Shown in pieces: positions 37,976-52,100 of a stretch of DNA of 64,000 bases. Each line of letters opens with the position of its first letter. Position 1 is the stretch's first letter. The stretch comes from Auanema rhodensis (taxonomy: Eukaryota > Animalia > Nematoda), in the NCBI GenBank assembly GCA_964057225.1, contig OZ059895.1, positions 13,454,001 to 13,518,000 of the forward strand, written 5' to 3'. A model generated the notes under the pieces. It saw only the letters and a program-made list of their open reading frames with translations. It searched no databases and had not been told where the DNA came from. The translations under genes and the position numbers were made by a program.

Positions 37976-38784
37976 TTTCAAATTTTTTTAACGATCATAC
38001 CACGTTGAAAGTACGCCATGCAGCTGATTTTCAATTTTATCTTTTCAGTAACAAATGTTTTTAATTTTCCAGCAGTTTTACTTAGATAGCTCAACCCAAG
38101 GCATCAAAATATCTTCAATCTTATTTCTATATTACAGTTATAAACCAGTAGTTTATGAACCTTCATCTTAACTTTACTGTTTCTATCTATTTCCTATTGA
38201 AACAAACATTGTTTAAACACTATACAACTGTGAAACCTTTTTTAATTTATTGTATTTGGATCTCATAAGATTTGATATCATCGAGGAATTTAGATGTAAC
38301 GTAGAAAATTACATAACTAACATGAAATTGAAAAAAAAACAATAACGAGGATAAGTATGTAAATCATTGAATATCAGATTTTTTCGCTTACGACCATACC
38401 ACGTTGAAAGTACGCCATGCAGCTGATTTTCAATTTTATCTCTTCCGTAACAAATGTTTTTAATTTTCCAGCAGTTTTACTTAGATAGCTCAACCCAAGG
38501 CATCAAAATATCTTCAATCTTATTTCTATATTACAGTTATAAACCAGTAGTTTATGAACCTTCATCTTAACTTCACTGTTTCTATCTATTTCCTATTGAA
38601 ACAAACATTGTTTAAACACTATACAACTGTGAAACCTTTTTTAATTTATTGTATTTGGATCTCATAAGATTTGATATCATCGAGGGATTTAGATGTAACG
38701 TAGAAAATTACATAACTAACATGAAATTGGAAAAAAAACAATAACGAGGATAAGTATGTAAATCATTGAATATCAGGTATTTTC

Positions 38785-38903
38785 GCTTACGACCATACCA
38801 CGTTGAAAGTACGCCATCCCGTCCGATCTGGCAAGTCAAGCAACGTTGGGCCCGGTTAGTACTTGGATCGGAGACGGCTTGGGAATCCCGCCTGCCGTAA
38901 GCT
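38785..38903 (+). rRNA. 5S rRNA variant (GG>CC)
   Basis: Full-length. Confidence 0.85.
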
Positions 38904-39712
38904 TTTCAAATTTTTTTAACGATCATACCACGTTGAAAGTACTCAATGCAGCTGATTTTCAATTTTATCTCTTCCGTAACAAATGTTTATAATTTTCCAG
39001 CAGTTTTACTTAGATAGCTCAACCCAAGGCATCAAAATATCTTCAATCTTATTTCTATATTACAGTTATAAACCAGTAGTTTATGAACCTTCATCTTAAC
39101 TTTACTGTTTCTATCTATTTCCTATTGAAACAAACATTGTTTAAACACTATACAACTGTGAAACCTTTTTTAATTTATTGTATTTGGATCTCATAAGATT
39201 TGATATCATCGAGGGATTTAGATGTAACGTAGAAAATTACATAACTAACATGAAATTGGAAAAAAAACAATAACGAGGATAAGTATGTAAATCATTGAAT
39301 ATCAGGTATTTTCGCTTACGACCATACCACGTTGAAAGTACGCCATGCAGCTGATTTTCAATTTTATCTCTTCCGTAACAAATGTTTTTAATTTTCCAGC
39401 AGTTTTACTTAGATAGCTCAACCCAAGGCATCAAAATATCTTCAATCTTATTTCTATATTACAGTTATAAACCAGTAGTTTATGAACCTTCATCTTAACT
39501 TTACTGTTTCTATCTATTTCCTATTGAAACAAACATTGTTTAAACACTATACAACTGTGAAACCTTTTTTAATTTATTGTATTTGGATCTCATAAGATTT
39601 GATATCATCGAGGGATTTAGATGTAACGTAGAAAATTACATAACTAACATGAAATTGGAAAAAAAACAATAACGAGGATAAGTATGTAAATCATTGAATA
39701 TCAGGTATTTTC

Positions 39713-39831
39713 GCTTACGACCATACCACGTTGAAAGTACGCCATCCCGTCCGATCTGGCAAGTCAAGCAACGTTGGGCTCGGTTAGTACTTGGATCGGA
39801 GACGGCTTGGGAATCCCGGGTGCCGTAAGCT
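39713..39831 (+). rRNA. 5S rRNA
   Basis: Full-length. Confidence 0.92.
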
Positions 39832-40640
39832 TTTCAAATTTTTTTAACGATCATACCACGTTGAAAGTACGCCATGCAGCTGATTTTCAATTTTATCTTT
39901 TCAGTAACAAATGTTTTTAATTTTCCAGCAGTTTTACTTAGATAGCTCAACCCAAGGCATCAAAATATCTTCAATCTTATTTCTATATTACAGTTATAAA
40001 CCAGTAGTTTATGAACCTTCATCTTAACTTTACTGTTTCTATCTATTTCCTATTGAAACAAACATTGTTTAAACACTATACAACTGTGAAACCTTTTTTA
40101 ATTTATTGTATTTGGATCTCATAAGATTTGATATCATCGAGGAATTTAGATGTAACGTAGAAAATTACATAACTAACATGAAATTGAAAAAAAAACAATA
40201 ACGAGGATAAGTATGTAAATCATTGAATATCAGATTTTTTCGCTTACGACCATACCACGTTGAAAGTACGCCATGCAGCTGATTTTCAATTTTATCTCTT
40301 CCGTAACAAATGTTTTTAATTTTCCAGCAGTTTTACTTAGATAGCTCAACCCAAGGCATCAAAATATCTTCAATCTTATTTCTATATTACAGTTATAAAC
40401 CAGTAGTTTATGAACCTTCATCTTAACTTTACTGTTTCTATCTATTTCCTATTGAAACAAACATTGTTTAAACACTATACAACTGTGAAACCTTTTTTAA
40501 TTTATTGTATTTGGATCTCATAAGATTTGATATCATCGAGGGATTTAGATGTAACGTAGAAAATTACATAACTAACATGAAATTGGAAAAAAAACAATAA
40601 CGAGGATAAGTATGTAAATCATTGAATATCAGGTATTTTC

Positions 40641-40759
40641 GCTTACGACCATACCACGTTGAAAGTACGCCATCCCGTCCGATCTGGCAAGTCAAGCAAC
40701 GTTGGGCCCGGTTAGTACTTGGATCGGAGACGGCTTGGGAATCCCGCCTGCCGTAAGCT
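40641..40759 (+). rRNA. 5S rRNA variant (GG>CC)
   Basis: Full-length. Confidence 0.85.
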
Positions 40760-41568
40760 TTTCAAATTTTTTTAACGATCATACCACGTTGAAAGTACTC
40801 AATGCAGCTGATTTTCAATTTTATCTCTTCCGTAACAAATGTTTATAATTTTCCAGCAGTTTTACTTAGATAGCTCAACCCAAGGCATCAAAATATCTTC
40901 AATCTTATTTCTATATTACAGTTATAAACCAGTAGTTTATGAACCTTCATCTTAACTTTACTGTTTCTATCTATTTCCTATTGAAACAAACATTGTTTAA
41001 ACACTATACAACTGTGAAACCTTTTTTAATTTATTGTATTTGGATCTCATAAGATTTGATATCATCGAGGGATTTAGATGTAACGTAGAAAATTACATAA
41101 CTAACATGAAATTGGAAAAAAAACAATAACGAGGATAAGTATGTAAATCATTGAATATCAGGTATTTTCGCTTACGACCATACCACGTTGAAAGTACGCC
41201 ATGCAGCTGATTTTCAATTTTATCTCTTCCGTAACAAATGTTTTTAATTTTCCAGCAGTTTTACTTAGATAGCTCAACCCAAGGCATCAAAATATCTTCA
41301 ATCTTATTTCTATATTACAGTTATAAACCAGTAGTTTATGAACCTTCATCTTAACTTTACTGTTTCTATCTATTTCCTATTGAAACAAACATTGTTTAAA
41401 CACTATACAACTGTGAAACCTTTTTTAATTTATTGTATTTGGATCTCATAAGATTTGATATCATCGAGGGATTTAGATGTAACGTAGAAAATTACATAAC
41501 TAACATGAAATTGGAAAAAAAACAATAACGAGGATAAGTATGTAAATCATTGAATATCAGGTATTTTC

Positions 41569-41687
41569 GCTTACGACCATACCACGTTGAAAGTACGCCA
41601 TCCCGTCCGATCTGGCAAGTCAAGCAACGTTGGGCCCGGTTAGTACTTGGATCGGAGACGGCTTGGGAATCCCGCCTGCCGTAAGCT
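41569..41687 (+). rRNA. 5S rRNA variant (GG>CC)
   Basis: Full-length. Confidence 0.85.
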
Positions 41688-42496
41688 TTTCAAATTTTTT
41701 TAACGATCATACCACGTTGAAAGTACTCAATGCAGCTGATTTTCAATTTTATCTCTTCCGTAACAAATGTTTATAATTTTCCAGCAGTTTTACTTAGATA
41801 GCTCAACCCAAGGCATCAAAATATCTTCAATCTTATTTCTATATTACAGTTATAAACCAGTAGTTTATGAACCTTCATCTTAACTTTACTGTTTCTATCT
41901 ATTTCCTTTTGAAACAAACATTGTTTAAACACTATACAACTGTGAAACCTTTTTTAATTTAATGTATTTGGATCTCATAAGATTTGATATCATCGAGGAA
42001 TTTAGATGTAACGTAGAAAATTACATAACTAACATGAAATTGAAAAAAAAACAATAACGAGGATAAGTATGTAAATCATTGAATATCAGATTTTTTCGCT
42101 TACGACCATACCACGTTGAAAGTACGCCATGCAGCTGATTTTCAATTTTATCTCTTCCGTAACAAATGTTTTTAATTTTCCAGCAGTTTTACTTAGATAG
42201 CTCAACCCAAGGCATCAAAATATCTTCAATCTTATTTCTATATTACAGTTATAAACCAGTAGTTTATGAACCTTCATCTTAACTTTACTGTTTCTATCTA
42301 TTTCCTATTGAAACAAACATTGTTTAAACACTATACAACTGTGAAACCTTTTTTAATTTATTGTATTTGGATCTCATAAGATTTGATATCATCGAGGGAT
42401 TTAGATGTAACGTAGAAAATTACATAACTAACATGAAATTGGAAAAAAAACAATAACGAGGATAAGTATGTAAATCATTGAATATCAGGTATTTTC

Positions 42497-42615
42497 GCTT
42501 ACGACCATACCACGTTGAAAGTACGCCATCCCGTCCGATCTGGCAAGTCAAGCAACGTTGGGCCCGGTTAGTACTTGGATCGGAGACGGCTTGGGAATCC
42601 CGCCTGCCGTAAGCT
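42497..42615 (+). rRNA. 5S rRNA variant (GG>CC)
   Basis: Full-length. Confidence 0.85.
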
Positions 42616-43024
42616 TTTCAAATTTTTTTAACGATCATACCACGTTGAAAGTACTCAATGCAGCTGATTTTCAATTTTATCTCTTCCGTAACAAATGTTT
42701 ATAATTTTCCAGCAGTTTTACTTAGATAGCTCAACCCAAGGCATCAAAATATCTTCAATCTTATTTCTATATTACAGTTATAAACCAGTAGTTTATGAAC
42801 CTTCATCTTAACTTTACTGTTTCTATCTATTTCCTTTTGAAACAAACATTGTTTAAACACTATACAACTGTGAAACCTTTTTTAATTTAATGTATTTGGA
42901 TCTCATAAGATTTGATATCATCGAGGGATTTAGATGTAACGTAGAAAATTACATAACTAACATGAAATTGAAAAAAAACAATAACGAGGATAACTATGTA
43001 AATCATTGAATATCAGATTTTTTC

Positions 43025-43143
43025 GCTTACGACCATACCACGTTGAAAGTACGCCATCCCGTCCGATCTGGCAAGTCAAGCAACGTTGGGCCCGGTTAGT
43101 ACTTGGATCGGAGACGGCTTGGGAATCCCGCCTGCCGTAAGCT
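43025..43143 (+). rRNA. 5S rRNA variant (GG>CC)
   Basis: Full-length. Confidence 0.85.
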
Positions 43144-43951
43144 TTTCAAATTTTTTTAACGATCATACCACGTTGAAAGTACGCCATGCAGCTGATTTTC
43201 AATTTTATCTCTTCAGTAACAAATGTTTTTAATTTTCCAGCAGTTTTACTTAGATAGCTCAACCCAAGGCATCAAAATATCTTCAATCTTATTTCTATAT
43301 TACAGTTATAAACCAGTAGTTTATGAACCTTCATCTTAACTTTACTGTTTCTATCTATTTCCTATTGAAACAAACATTGTTTTAACACTATACAACTGTG
43401 AAACCTTTTTTAATTTATTGTATTTGGAGCTGATAAGATTTGATATCATCGAGGAATTTAGATGTAACGTAGAAAATTACATAACTAACATGAAATTGAA
43501 AAAAAAACAATAACGAGGATAAGTATGTAAATCATTGAATATCAGATTTTTTCGCTTACGACCATACCACGTTGAAAGTACGCCATGCAGCTGATTTTCA
43601 ATTTTATCTCTTCCGTAACAAATGTTTTTAATTTTCCAGCAGTTTTACTTAGATAGCTCAACCCAAGGCATCAAAATATCTTCAATCTTATTTCTATATT
43701 ACAGTTATAAACCAGTAGTTTATGAACCTTCATCTTAACTTTACTGTTTCTATCTATTTCCTATTGAAACAAACATTGTTTAAACACTATACAACTGTGA
43801 AACCTTTTTTAATTTATTGTATTTGGATCTCATAAGATTTGATATCATCGAGGGATTTAGATGTAACGTAGAAAATTACATAACTAACATGAAATTGGAA
43901 AAAAACAATAACGAGGATAAGTATGTAAATCATTGAATATCAGGTATTTTC

Positions 43952-44070
43952 GCTTACGACCATACCACGTTGAAAGTACGCCATCTCGTCCGATCTGGCA
44001 AGTCAAGCAACGTTGGGCCCGGTTAGTACTTGGATCGGAGACGGCTTGGGAATCCCGGGTGCCGTAAGCT
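43952..44070 (+). rRNA. 5S rRNA
   Basis: Full-length. Confidence 0.92.
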
Positions 44071-44881
44071 TTTCAAATTTTTTTAACGATCATACCACGT
44101 TGAAAGTACGCAATGCAGCTGATTTTCAATTTTATCTCTTCCGTAACAAATGTTTTTAATTTTCCAGCAGTTTTACTTAGATAGCTCAACCCAAGGCATC
44201 AAAATATCTTCAATCTTATTTCTATATTACAGTTATAAACCAGTAGTTTATGAACCTTCATCTTAACTTTACTGTTTCTATCTATTTCCTATTGAAACAA
44301 ACATTGTTTAAACACTATACAACTGTGAAACCTTTTTTAATTTATTGTATTTGGAGCTCATAAGATTTGATATCATCGAGGAATTTAGATGTAACGTAGA
44401 AAATTACATAACTAACATGAAATTGGAAAAAAAAAACAATAACGAGGATAAGTATGTAAATCATTGATTATCAGATTTTTTCGCTTACGACCATACCACG
44501 TTGAAAGTACGCCATGCAGCTGATTTTCAATTTTATCTCTTCCGTAACAAATGTTTTTAATTTTCCAGCAGTTTTACTTAGATAGCTCAACCCAAGGCAT
44601 CAAAATATTTTCAATCTTATTTCTATATTACAGTTATAAACCAGTAGTTTATGAACCTTCATCTTAACTTTACTGTTTCTATCTATTTCCTATTGAAACA
44701 AACATTGTTTAAACACTATACAACTGTGAAACCTTTTTTAATTTATTGTATTTGGATCTCATAAGATTTGATATCATCGAGGGATTTAGATGTAACGTAG
44801 AAAATTACATAACTAACATGAAATTGGAAAAAAAACAATAACGAGGATAAGTATGTAAATCATTGAATATCAGGTATTTTC

Positions 44882-45000
44882 GCTTACGACCATACCACGT
44901 TGAAAGTACGCCATCCCGTCCGATCTGGCAAGTCAAGCAACGTTGGGCCCGGTTAGTACTTGGATCGGAGACGGCTTGGGAATCCCGCCTGCCGTAAGCT
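44882..45000 (+). rRNA. 5S rRNA variant (GG>CC)
   Basis: Full-length. Confidence 0.85.
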
Positions 45001-45410
45001 TTTCAAACTTTTTTAACGATCATACCACGTTGAAAGTACTCAATGCAGCTGATTTTCAATTTTATCTCTTCCGTAACAAATGTTTTTAATTTTCCAGCAG
45101 TTTTACTTAGATAGCTCAACCCAAGGCATCAAAATATCTTCAATCTTATTTCTATATTACAGTTATAAACCAGTAGTTTATGAACCTTCATCTTAACTTT
45201 ACTGTTTCTATCTATTTCCTATTGAAACAAACATTGTTTAAACACTATACAACTGTGAAACCTTTTTTAATTTATTGTATTTGGATCTCATAAGATTTGA
45301 TATCATCGAGGGATTTAGATGTAACGTAGAAAATTACATAACTAACATGAAATTGGAAAAAAAACAATAACGAGGATAAGTATGTAAATCATTGAATATC
45401 AGGTATTTTC

Positions 45411-45529
45411 GCTTACGACCATACCACGTTGAAAGTACGCCATCCCGTCCGATCTGGCAAGTCAAGCAACGTTGGGCTCGGTTAGTACTTGGATCGGAGA
45501 CGGCTTGGGAATCCCGGGTGCCGTAAGCT
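45411..45529 (+). rRNA. 5S rRNA
   Basis: Full-length. Confidence 0.92.
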
Positions 45530-46338
45530 TTTCAAATTTTTTTAACGATCATACCACGTTGAAAGTACGCCATGCAGCTGATTTTCAATTTTATCTTTTC
45601 AGTAACAAATGTTTTTAATTTTCCAGCAGTTTTACTTAGATAGCTCAACCCAAGGCATCAAAATATCTTCAATCTTATTTCTATATTACAGTTATAAACC
45701 AGTAGTTTATGAACCTTCATCTTAACTTTACTGTTTCTATCTATTTCCTATTGAAACAAACATTGTTTAAACACTATACAACTGTGAAACCTTTTTTAAT
45801 TTATTGTATTTGGATCTCATAAGATTTGATATCATCGAGGAATTTAGATGTAACGTAGAAAATTACATAACTAACATGAAATTGAAAAAAAAACAATAAC
45901 GAGGATAAGTATGTAAATCATTGAATATCAGATTTTTTCGCTTACGACCATACCACGTTGAAAGTACGCCATGCAGCTGATTTTCAATTTTATCTCTTCC
46001 GTAACAAATGTTTTTAATTTTCCAGCAGTTTTACTTAGATAGCTCAACCCAAGGCATCAAAATATCTTCAATCTTATTTCTATATTACAGTTATAAACCA
46101 GTAGTTTATGAACCTTCATCTTAACTTTACTGTTTCTATCTATTTCCTATTGAAACAAACATTGTTTAAACACTATACAACTGTGAAACCTTTTTTAATT
46201 TATTGTATTTGGATCTCATAAGATTTGATATCATCGAGGGATTTAGATGTAACGTAGAAAATTACATAACTAACATGAAATTGGAAAAAAAACAATAACG
46301 AGGATAAGTATGTAAATCATTGAATATCAGGTATTTTC

Positions 46339-46457
46339 GCTTACGACCATACCACGTTGAAAGTACGCCATCCCGTCCGATCTGGCAAGTCAAGCAACGT
46401 TGGGCCCGGTTAGTACTTGGATCGGAGACGGCTTGGGAATCCCGCCTGCCGTAAGCT
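46339..46457 (+). rRNA. 5S rRNA variant (GG>CC)
   Basis: Full-length. Confidence 0.85.
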
Positions 46458-46867
46458 TTTCAAATTTTTTTAACGATCATACCACGTTGAAAGTACTCAA
46501 TGCAGCTGATTTTCAATTTTATCTCTTCCGTAACAAATGTTTATAATTTTCCAGCAGTTTTACTTAGATAGCTCAACCCAAGGCATCAAAATATCTTCAA
46601 TCTTATTTCTATATTACAGTTATAAACCAGTAGTTTATGAACCTTCATCTTAACTTTACTGTTTCTATCTATTTCCTATTGAAACAAACATTGTTTAAAC
46701 ACTATACAACTGTGAAACCTTTTTTAATTTATTGTATTTGGATCTCATAAGATTTGATATCATCGAGGGATTTAGATGTAACGTAGAAAATTACATAACT
46801 AACATGAAATTGGAAAAAAAACAATAACGAGGATAAGTATGTAAATCATTGAATATCAGGTATTTTC

Positions 46868-46986
46868 GCTTACGACCATACCACGTTGAAAGTACGCCAT
46901 CCCGTCCGATCTGGCAAGTCAAGCAACGTTGGGCCCGGTTAGTACTTGGATCGGAGACGGCTTGGGAATCCCGCCTGCCGTAAGCT
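46868..46986 (+). rRNA. 5S rRNA variant (GG>CC)
   Basis: Full-length. Confidence 0.85.
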
Positions 46987-47620
46987 TTTCAAATTTTTTT
47001 AACGATCATACCACGTTGAAAGTACTCAATGCAGCTGATTTTCAATTTTATCTCTTCCGTAACAAATGTTTATAATTTTCCAGCAGTTTTACTTAGATAG
47101 CTCAACCCAAGGCATCAAAATATCTTCAATCTTATTTCTATATTACAGTTATAAACCAGTAGTTTATGAACCTTCATCTTAACTTTACTGTTTCTATCTA
47201 TTTCCTATTGAAACAAACATTGTTTAAACACTATACAACTGTGAAACCTTTTTTAATTTATTGTATTTGGATCTCATAAGATTTGATATCATCGAGGGAT
47301 TTAGATGTAACGTAGAAAATTACATAACTAACATGAAATTGGAAAAAAAACAATAACGAGGATAAGTATGTAAATCATTGAATATCAGGTATTTTCGCTT
47401 ACGACCATACCACGTTGAAAGTACGCCATGCAGCTGATTTTCAATTTTATCTCTTCCGTAACAAATGTTTTTAATTTTCCAGCAGTTTTACTTAGATAGC
47501 TCAACCCAAGGCATCAAAATATCTTCAATCTTATTTCTATATTACAGTTATAAACCAGTAGTTTATGAACCTTCATCTTAACTTTACTGTTTCTATCTAT
47601 TTCCTATTGAAACAAACATT

Positions 47621-47716
47621 CGAGATCTTACCGGCTTGGGCAAACGGCGACGACGCAAAACCACAAAACCTCATAAGCGGTTGTGCATCACTCGTGAGCG
47701 GTCGTTTCACATTTAA
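47621..47716 (+). pseudogene. C-terminal remnant of a basic Maverick core-like protein
   Basis: RDLTGLGKRRRRKTTK...*; the stop abuts the capsid ATG. LTGL|G fits the adenain-type cleavage consensus. Confidence 0.55.
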
Positions 47717-49051
47717 ATGGCTAAATTGATAGATTCAAAATCAGCACAAGCCCTTTTACCTAATATCAACTATGGTGATATACCTGCGTCGGCATTAGGT
47801 GTAGAGTCTACTCGTACTGTACAAGTCCCTTTGAAAAATACTTTTCTTCCTCAAGGACCATGGGAATTTGTTATAGCTCAAAATTCCAAATCATTCCTCA
47901 ATCTGAGAAGATGTTGGTTGAATGTAAAATTTAAAATTGTAACCACAAACGGTGATCCAGTACCAGACAACCTTGTTTTTGCACCATGTCAACAATTTGC
48001 TGCCAGTTTAATACATTCGTATCATTTGAAAATTGGCGATGTTAGCGTGTATGACTCTACCGTGAATCATGCCTATAAAACATATATCGAGAATATTTTA
48101 ATGTATAGCAACGATGTTAAAGAGAGCAAACTTGCCATATCAGGATATTATGCTGATAGATATATAGATAATGCATCCAGTGCTGGATTGAGAACGCGTC
48201 AAGCGCTTGTAAAAAATGGCATATTGTGTGAGATGGCTGCTCCCGTCAGTATCGACCTATTTAATCAAGAGCGACTGTTTGTAAACTATTCAAAAATGGA
48301 GCTAACTGCATATCCAAACCGTGATAACTTTTTAATTGACACTCTAGGCTGGAATAATGAAAACAAGGACACTACATTAAAGGAGGAGTTTCCAAATTTG
48401 AAAGTAGATATCAGCGATGTACATTTGCTCATTCAAGAGTTTGATCTAAACGCTGGATTAGCTATGGCTATAGAAGATAAACTCGCAAAGGATCGAATAC
48501 ACTACCCCATGACATCAGTGAAAATGCGCTCTTATTTCATAGAAGGAGGCCGCTTGGATTCACCTAATAATATATTACTCACGTCTCATACACCAAAACG
48601 TGTTGTAGTAGGTCTTGTCGGCGCACACGCTTATAATGGTACTTTTAAACATTCGCCATTCAACTTTAAACCGTTTGATTTGAAAAATATATACTTGACG
48701 CTCAACAATAGGGTAATACCTACCCGTCCTTATAATTTAGAATGGCGATCTTCCTATGCCACAGCATATATTGACATGCTGGAAGGTTTGGGACTTGGTC
48801 GTACAGATTCATCCAATGGTATTACACCAGCAATGTATAAAGCTGGTTTCACATTTTTTGTATTTGATATTAGTCCTACTGTGCATTCGTCAGAGTTATT
48901 TGATGTTATACGACAAGGTAATGTAGCCTTGAAATTGGAATTTGGTCAACAAACGCCGCAAGAGGGCTTATATGCAATTGTTTATGCAGAGTATGACTCT
49001 ATTCTTTCAATTGACAACAATCGTGCTCCATATATTGATACCAGTTTGTAA
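47717..49051 (+). CDS. Maverick/Polinton major capsid protein (double jelly-roll, PY)
   Basis: 444 aa; PKRVVVGLV..AYNG..SPFNFKPFDL, GFTFFVFD and IVYAEYD motifs; tail-to-tail with pPolB. Confidence 0.88.
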   Translation: MAKLIDSKSAQALLPNINYGDIPASALGVESTRTVQVPLKNTFLPQGPWEFVIAQNSKSFLNLRRCWLNVKFKIVTTNGDPVPDNLVFAPCQQFAASLIHSYHLKIGDVSVYDSTVNHAYKTYIENILMYSNDVKESKLAISGYYADRYIDNASSAGLRTRQALVKNGILCEMAAPVSIDLFNQERLFVNYSKMELTAYPNRDNFLIDTLGWNNENKDTTLKEEFPNLKVDISDVHLLIQEFDLNAGLAMAIEDKLAKDRIHYPMTSVKMRSYFIEGGRLDSPNNILLTSHTPKRVVVGLVGAHAYNGTFKHSPFNFKPFDLKNIYLTLNNRVIPTRPYNLEWRSSYATAYIDMLEGLGLGRTDSSNGITPAMYKAGFTFFVFDISPTVHSSELFDVIRQGNVALKLEFGQQTPQEGLYAIVYAEYDSILSIDNNRAPYIDTSL

Positions 49052-49188
49052 TGTATGTAATAAAATTCTTTAAAAGATTTAAGAATAAAATTTATTAATA
49101 CAACTATTTTAAAAATAAATACATGTACAATGATAAAATTTTATAAATACAAATATATACAAGATAAAAATTTATAAATTCAAATATA

Positions 49189-52100
49189 TTAAACACAATA
49201 ACCGTAGGGTAAAGTACTATAATCTTGAAGATAACAAAGTTTATCCATTACGACTTTAGTACTTTTTGTCATATCCATTGTGGATATGGCACCGAGTTGC
49301 CTCTTTAACAATGTCGTATTGGTTTTTAAAACCAATTTTTCTCCATCCATAACGAGTCCGCGAACCAGTCGCTCCATACTTTCAAAGTTTACCACTGACG
49401 CTGCCGTGTGGTCCAACGTCTGAAAATTATAAAATTATTTGAAAAGTCAAAGCTCGTACTTACCACTCCCTTTGCCTTTGTTACATATTTTACATCACCA
49501 GCTGCATTTACAAGTTTATAACTATAAACTTTTGCCGCTGGTGACACAAACTTGGTCATTGACCAACCATCGGGTATTTCAGAGGTTAGTTTACCTAACC
49601 ATTCACCCTTCATATCCTCAATTGGATCTGGCTCATCTAGGCATCTTTGATAAATTAGAGAATCCGTGTCTAAATAATGTAAGTTTAAATTGAATACAAA
49701 GTATAAAATTACCTGTATACACCAAATTCTTTCCAATTTTCTCCATTGCCTTATACAATAGTAGCCTTGCATGAGCGGTTGTATAGGCCGCAATAGCTAC
49801 ATTTGTAAAAGGCGGTGGTGCCAAATGTGAATCCTCTGGTACTGTTGTGCAGTACGCAACATTATCCACAATTTTGAACCCGGTGAGTTCCCTTGCAGGA
49901 TCAGTAATGATCCTACCAATTTCTGGGTCCTCAACACCAATAATCTTGGTTTGGGCTTTATCTGGTCTTTGACCCATTTTACCCCAGACACTATAAGCAA
50001 ATTTGTAATGTATTGTTTTTAAAAAGTTTACAAACCTATTTAGCTGCAGTTTGGCAATGCTACGCATGGCAGCATTCTTTTCAATTTTATTGCTCTCCAG
50101 AGCAACACCAGTGTTCTCCTCGTGCTCTTGGAGATATATCACCTGTAAAATTCTATTTAATGTGATACTTTTGTTAAAACATACCTTTTCTTCCTCTGTC
50201 ATGTTTGGCTTTGGCCAGCCCGACGCCTCTTGTTTAATTTTTATGTACTTTTGTACAAATTCTTTAAACAGGCCGCCTTGTTGCCATTCTTCCCAGTGCC
50301 ACACCTCATGCACATTAAGCACTTTATAGCCACGTTGTATGGCACACTCGAGCTCAACATGTGTCACAGTTAGATGCAGCTTTCTAGCATTTACATCATT
50401 CTGGTGCTCACATGTTACATTTTTACTTTTGACTGCACAAGTGCGGCAGTTTGTAAAAATAAGTTTACCGCCAATACGTGTGCCTAATACAGGGTACAGC
50501 AAATTTGTGGGTGCAAGCACGTCACATTTTACTAGCCCCTTGTATGGGCAACATGTCTCAAAGCTTCTGAAACCCTCAGTAATAACTTTGGGATTACCTA
50601 CAGGGTAATAGGCATCAAAAGCGGTGACATATGGATATAGTGAACAAAAGTCCACATACTCGAGCGAGTATCTATCCGAAGCTTGTGCCAAAAGCTTATA
50701 TGTCTGGGTGCGGCCACCGGTAAAGGCATCTCTAGGTGCCAAGCGTGTAACAACATTTGTTTCACGCATAAATTTCGCCATTTCTTCATTGGCCGAAATT
50801 TGTGCATTAATTTCGTGCTCCCACACTGTGGTAACACTAATGCCTTGGCTTTGAATTGCTTCAAGCCTTTTCATGGTTTTATCATAAACCTAAATTTTAA
50901 AAATTAAAATGATTAAAAAAGTCACAATTACCTCTTCCATTGTTTCACCATTTCTGCTTGGTGCTATAGCGCTCTTGTTGGTGCACTGGGGGCAACCATG
51001 GTAAATACAACCATTAATCTACAAAAATTTGCACTTTTTACATTTATTACAAATTACTCACCTCATAGCCATGATTGGCAACGGGGTCATAAGCATCGAG
51101 TAGATAGCGATGGCCATCTACTCTCACTGCAAATTCACCACCATTAAGCTTATGCATTAATGGGCGGCCCAATCCTTGTTCTAGCCATTTTATATACTTT
51201 ATGGCTATTATACTCTGCTTTTGACCGGCATAATAACCAGTCTCGGGCAGAATACCCACTTGGTTCTCTTTAATATGATTCATTTTCAGCTGTAATATAC
51301 TAGTTTTGAAAATGCTTGTATTTGAAAAAACTTGCCTGGAATAAAGAGAAACTGGCAAATGTCATACATTGTATGACAGGGTTCCAGCCAGTGGTGGCGG
51401 TTGCCAACTTCATGTAAACTTTCATACAGTTGGTTAAAATACGGACATCTGTCCTACAATATTCCAAAAGCTCTTCATCAAAATCAAACGCTCTTTGATT
51501 ACGCTCTTCATACCAAATATCGAATGAAGCTAGGTCTTCTGCTTTCATTCTAGCAGTACAATAGTACTGTTTTGGTGGTAAAGATGGCAACACTTTGCCA
51601 TAATTTATTGGGTGATTATAGAGGTAAGGAAACTGTCCTTTACTCATATCAGGTACACCAAATGCCTTGGGTAACGCTGATAGGGGTAAAGGCACTAATA
51701 AATAACTATCTTTAAAATATAAATGATTAAATTTTTGACCTCTTAAAGGCTTGACAACCATGCTTATAATCTTGGTCCCATTTAAAATTGGATCAGGATA
51801 TATTCCACGGTTTATCAGCCTAGACACCAAGAAATGTATGTCAAAGCGTGAACCATTATGCGCAATCAAAATTGCATTATCATTCTCAACAGAGTTGAGT
51901 AACCAATCAAGGAAACGATCTGTTACAGACCATTCACTATCACCTTGTTGGTACCCAAAATGGCCCTCCTTGGTTGTGCATTTTTCGCATGAATTGGCGT
52001 CTATACAACTTTCACAAAATTTATTATACACAACCATATTGGGCCATTGTTCATCTGCATATTCATGAACATTTGTACCGCTTTTTAACACAACCGTTTC

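Larger units (their letters stand above)
23320..47620 (+). repeat. 5S rDNA tandem array, right part: 52 units (28 full, 24 deleted)
   Basis: Hand count; ends abruptly mid-spacer at 47620. Confidence 0.97.

Noticed and set aside
1289-47620. CRISPR-like repeat array
   Set aside because: The intervening sequences are near-identical rather than unique spacers, the repeat is eukaryotic 5S rDNA, and there are no cas genes.
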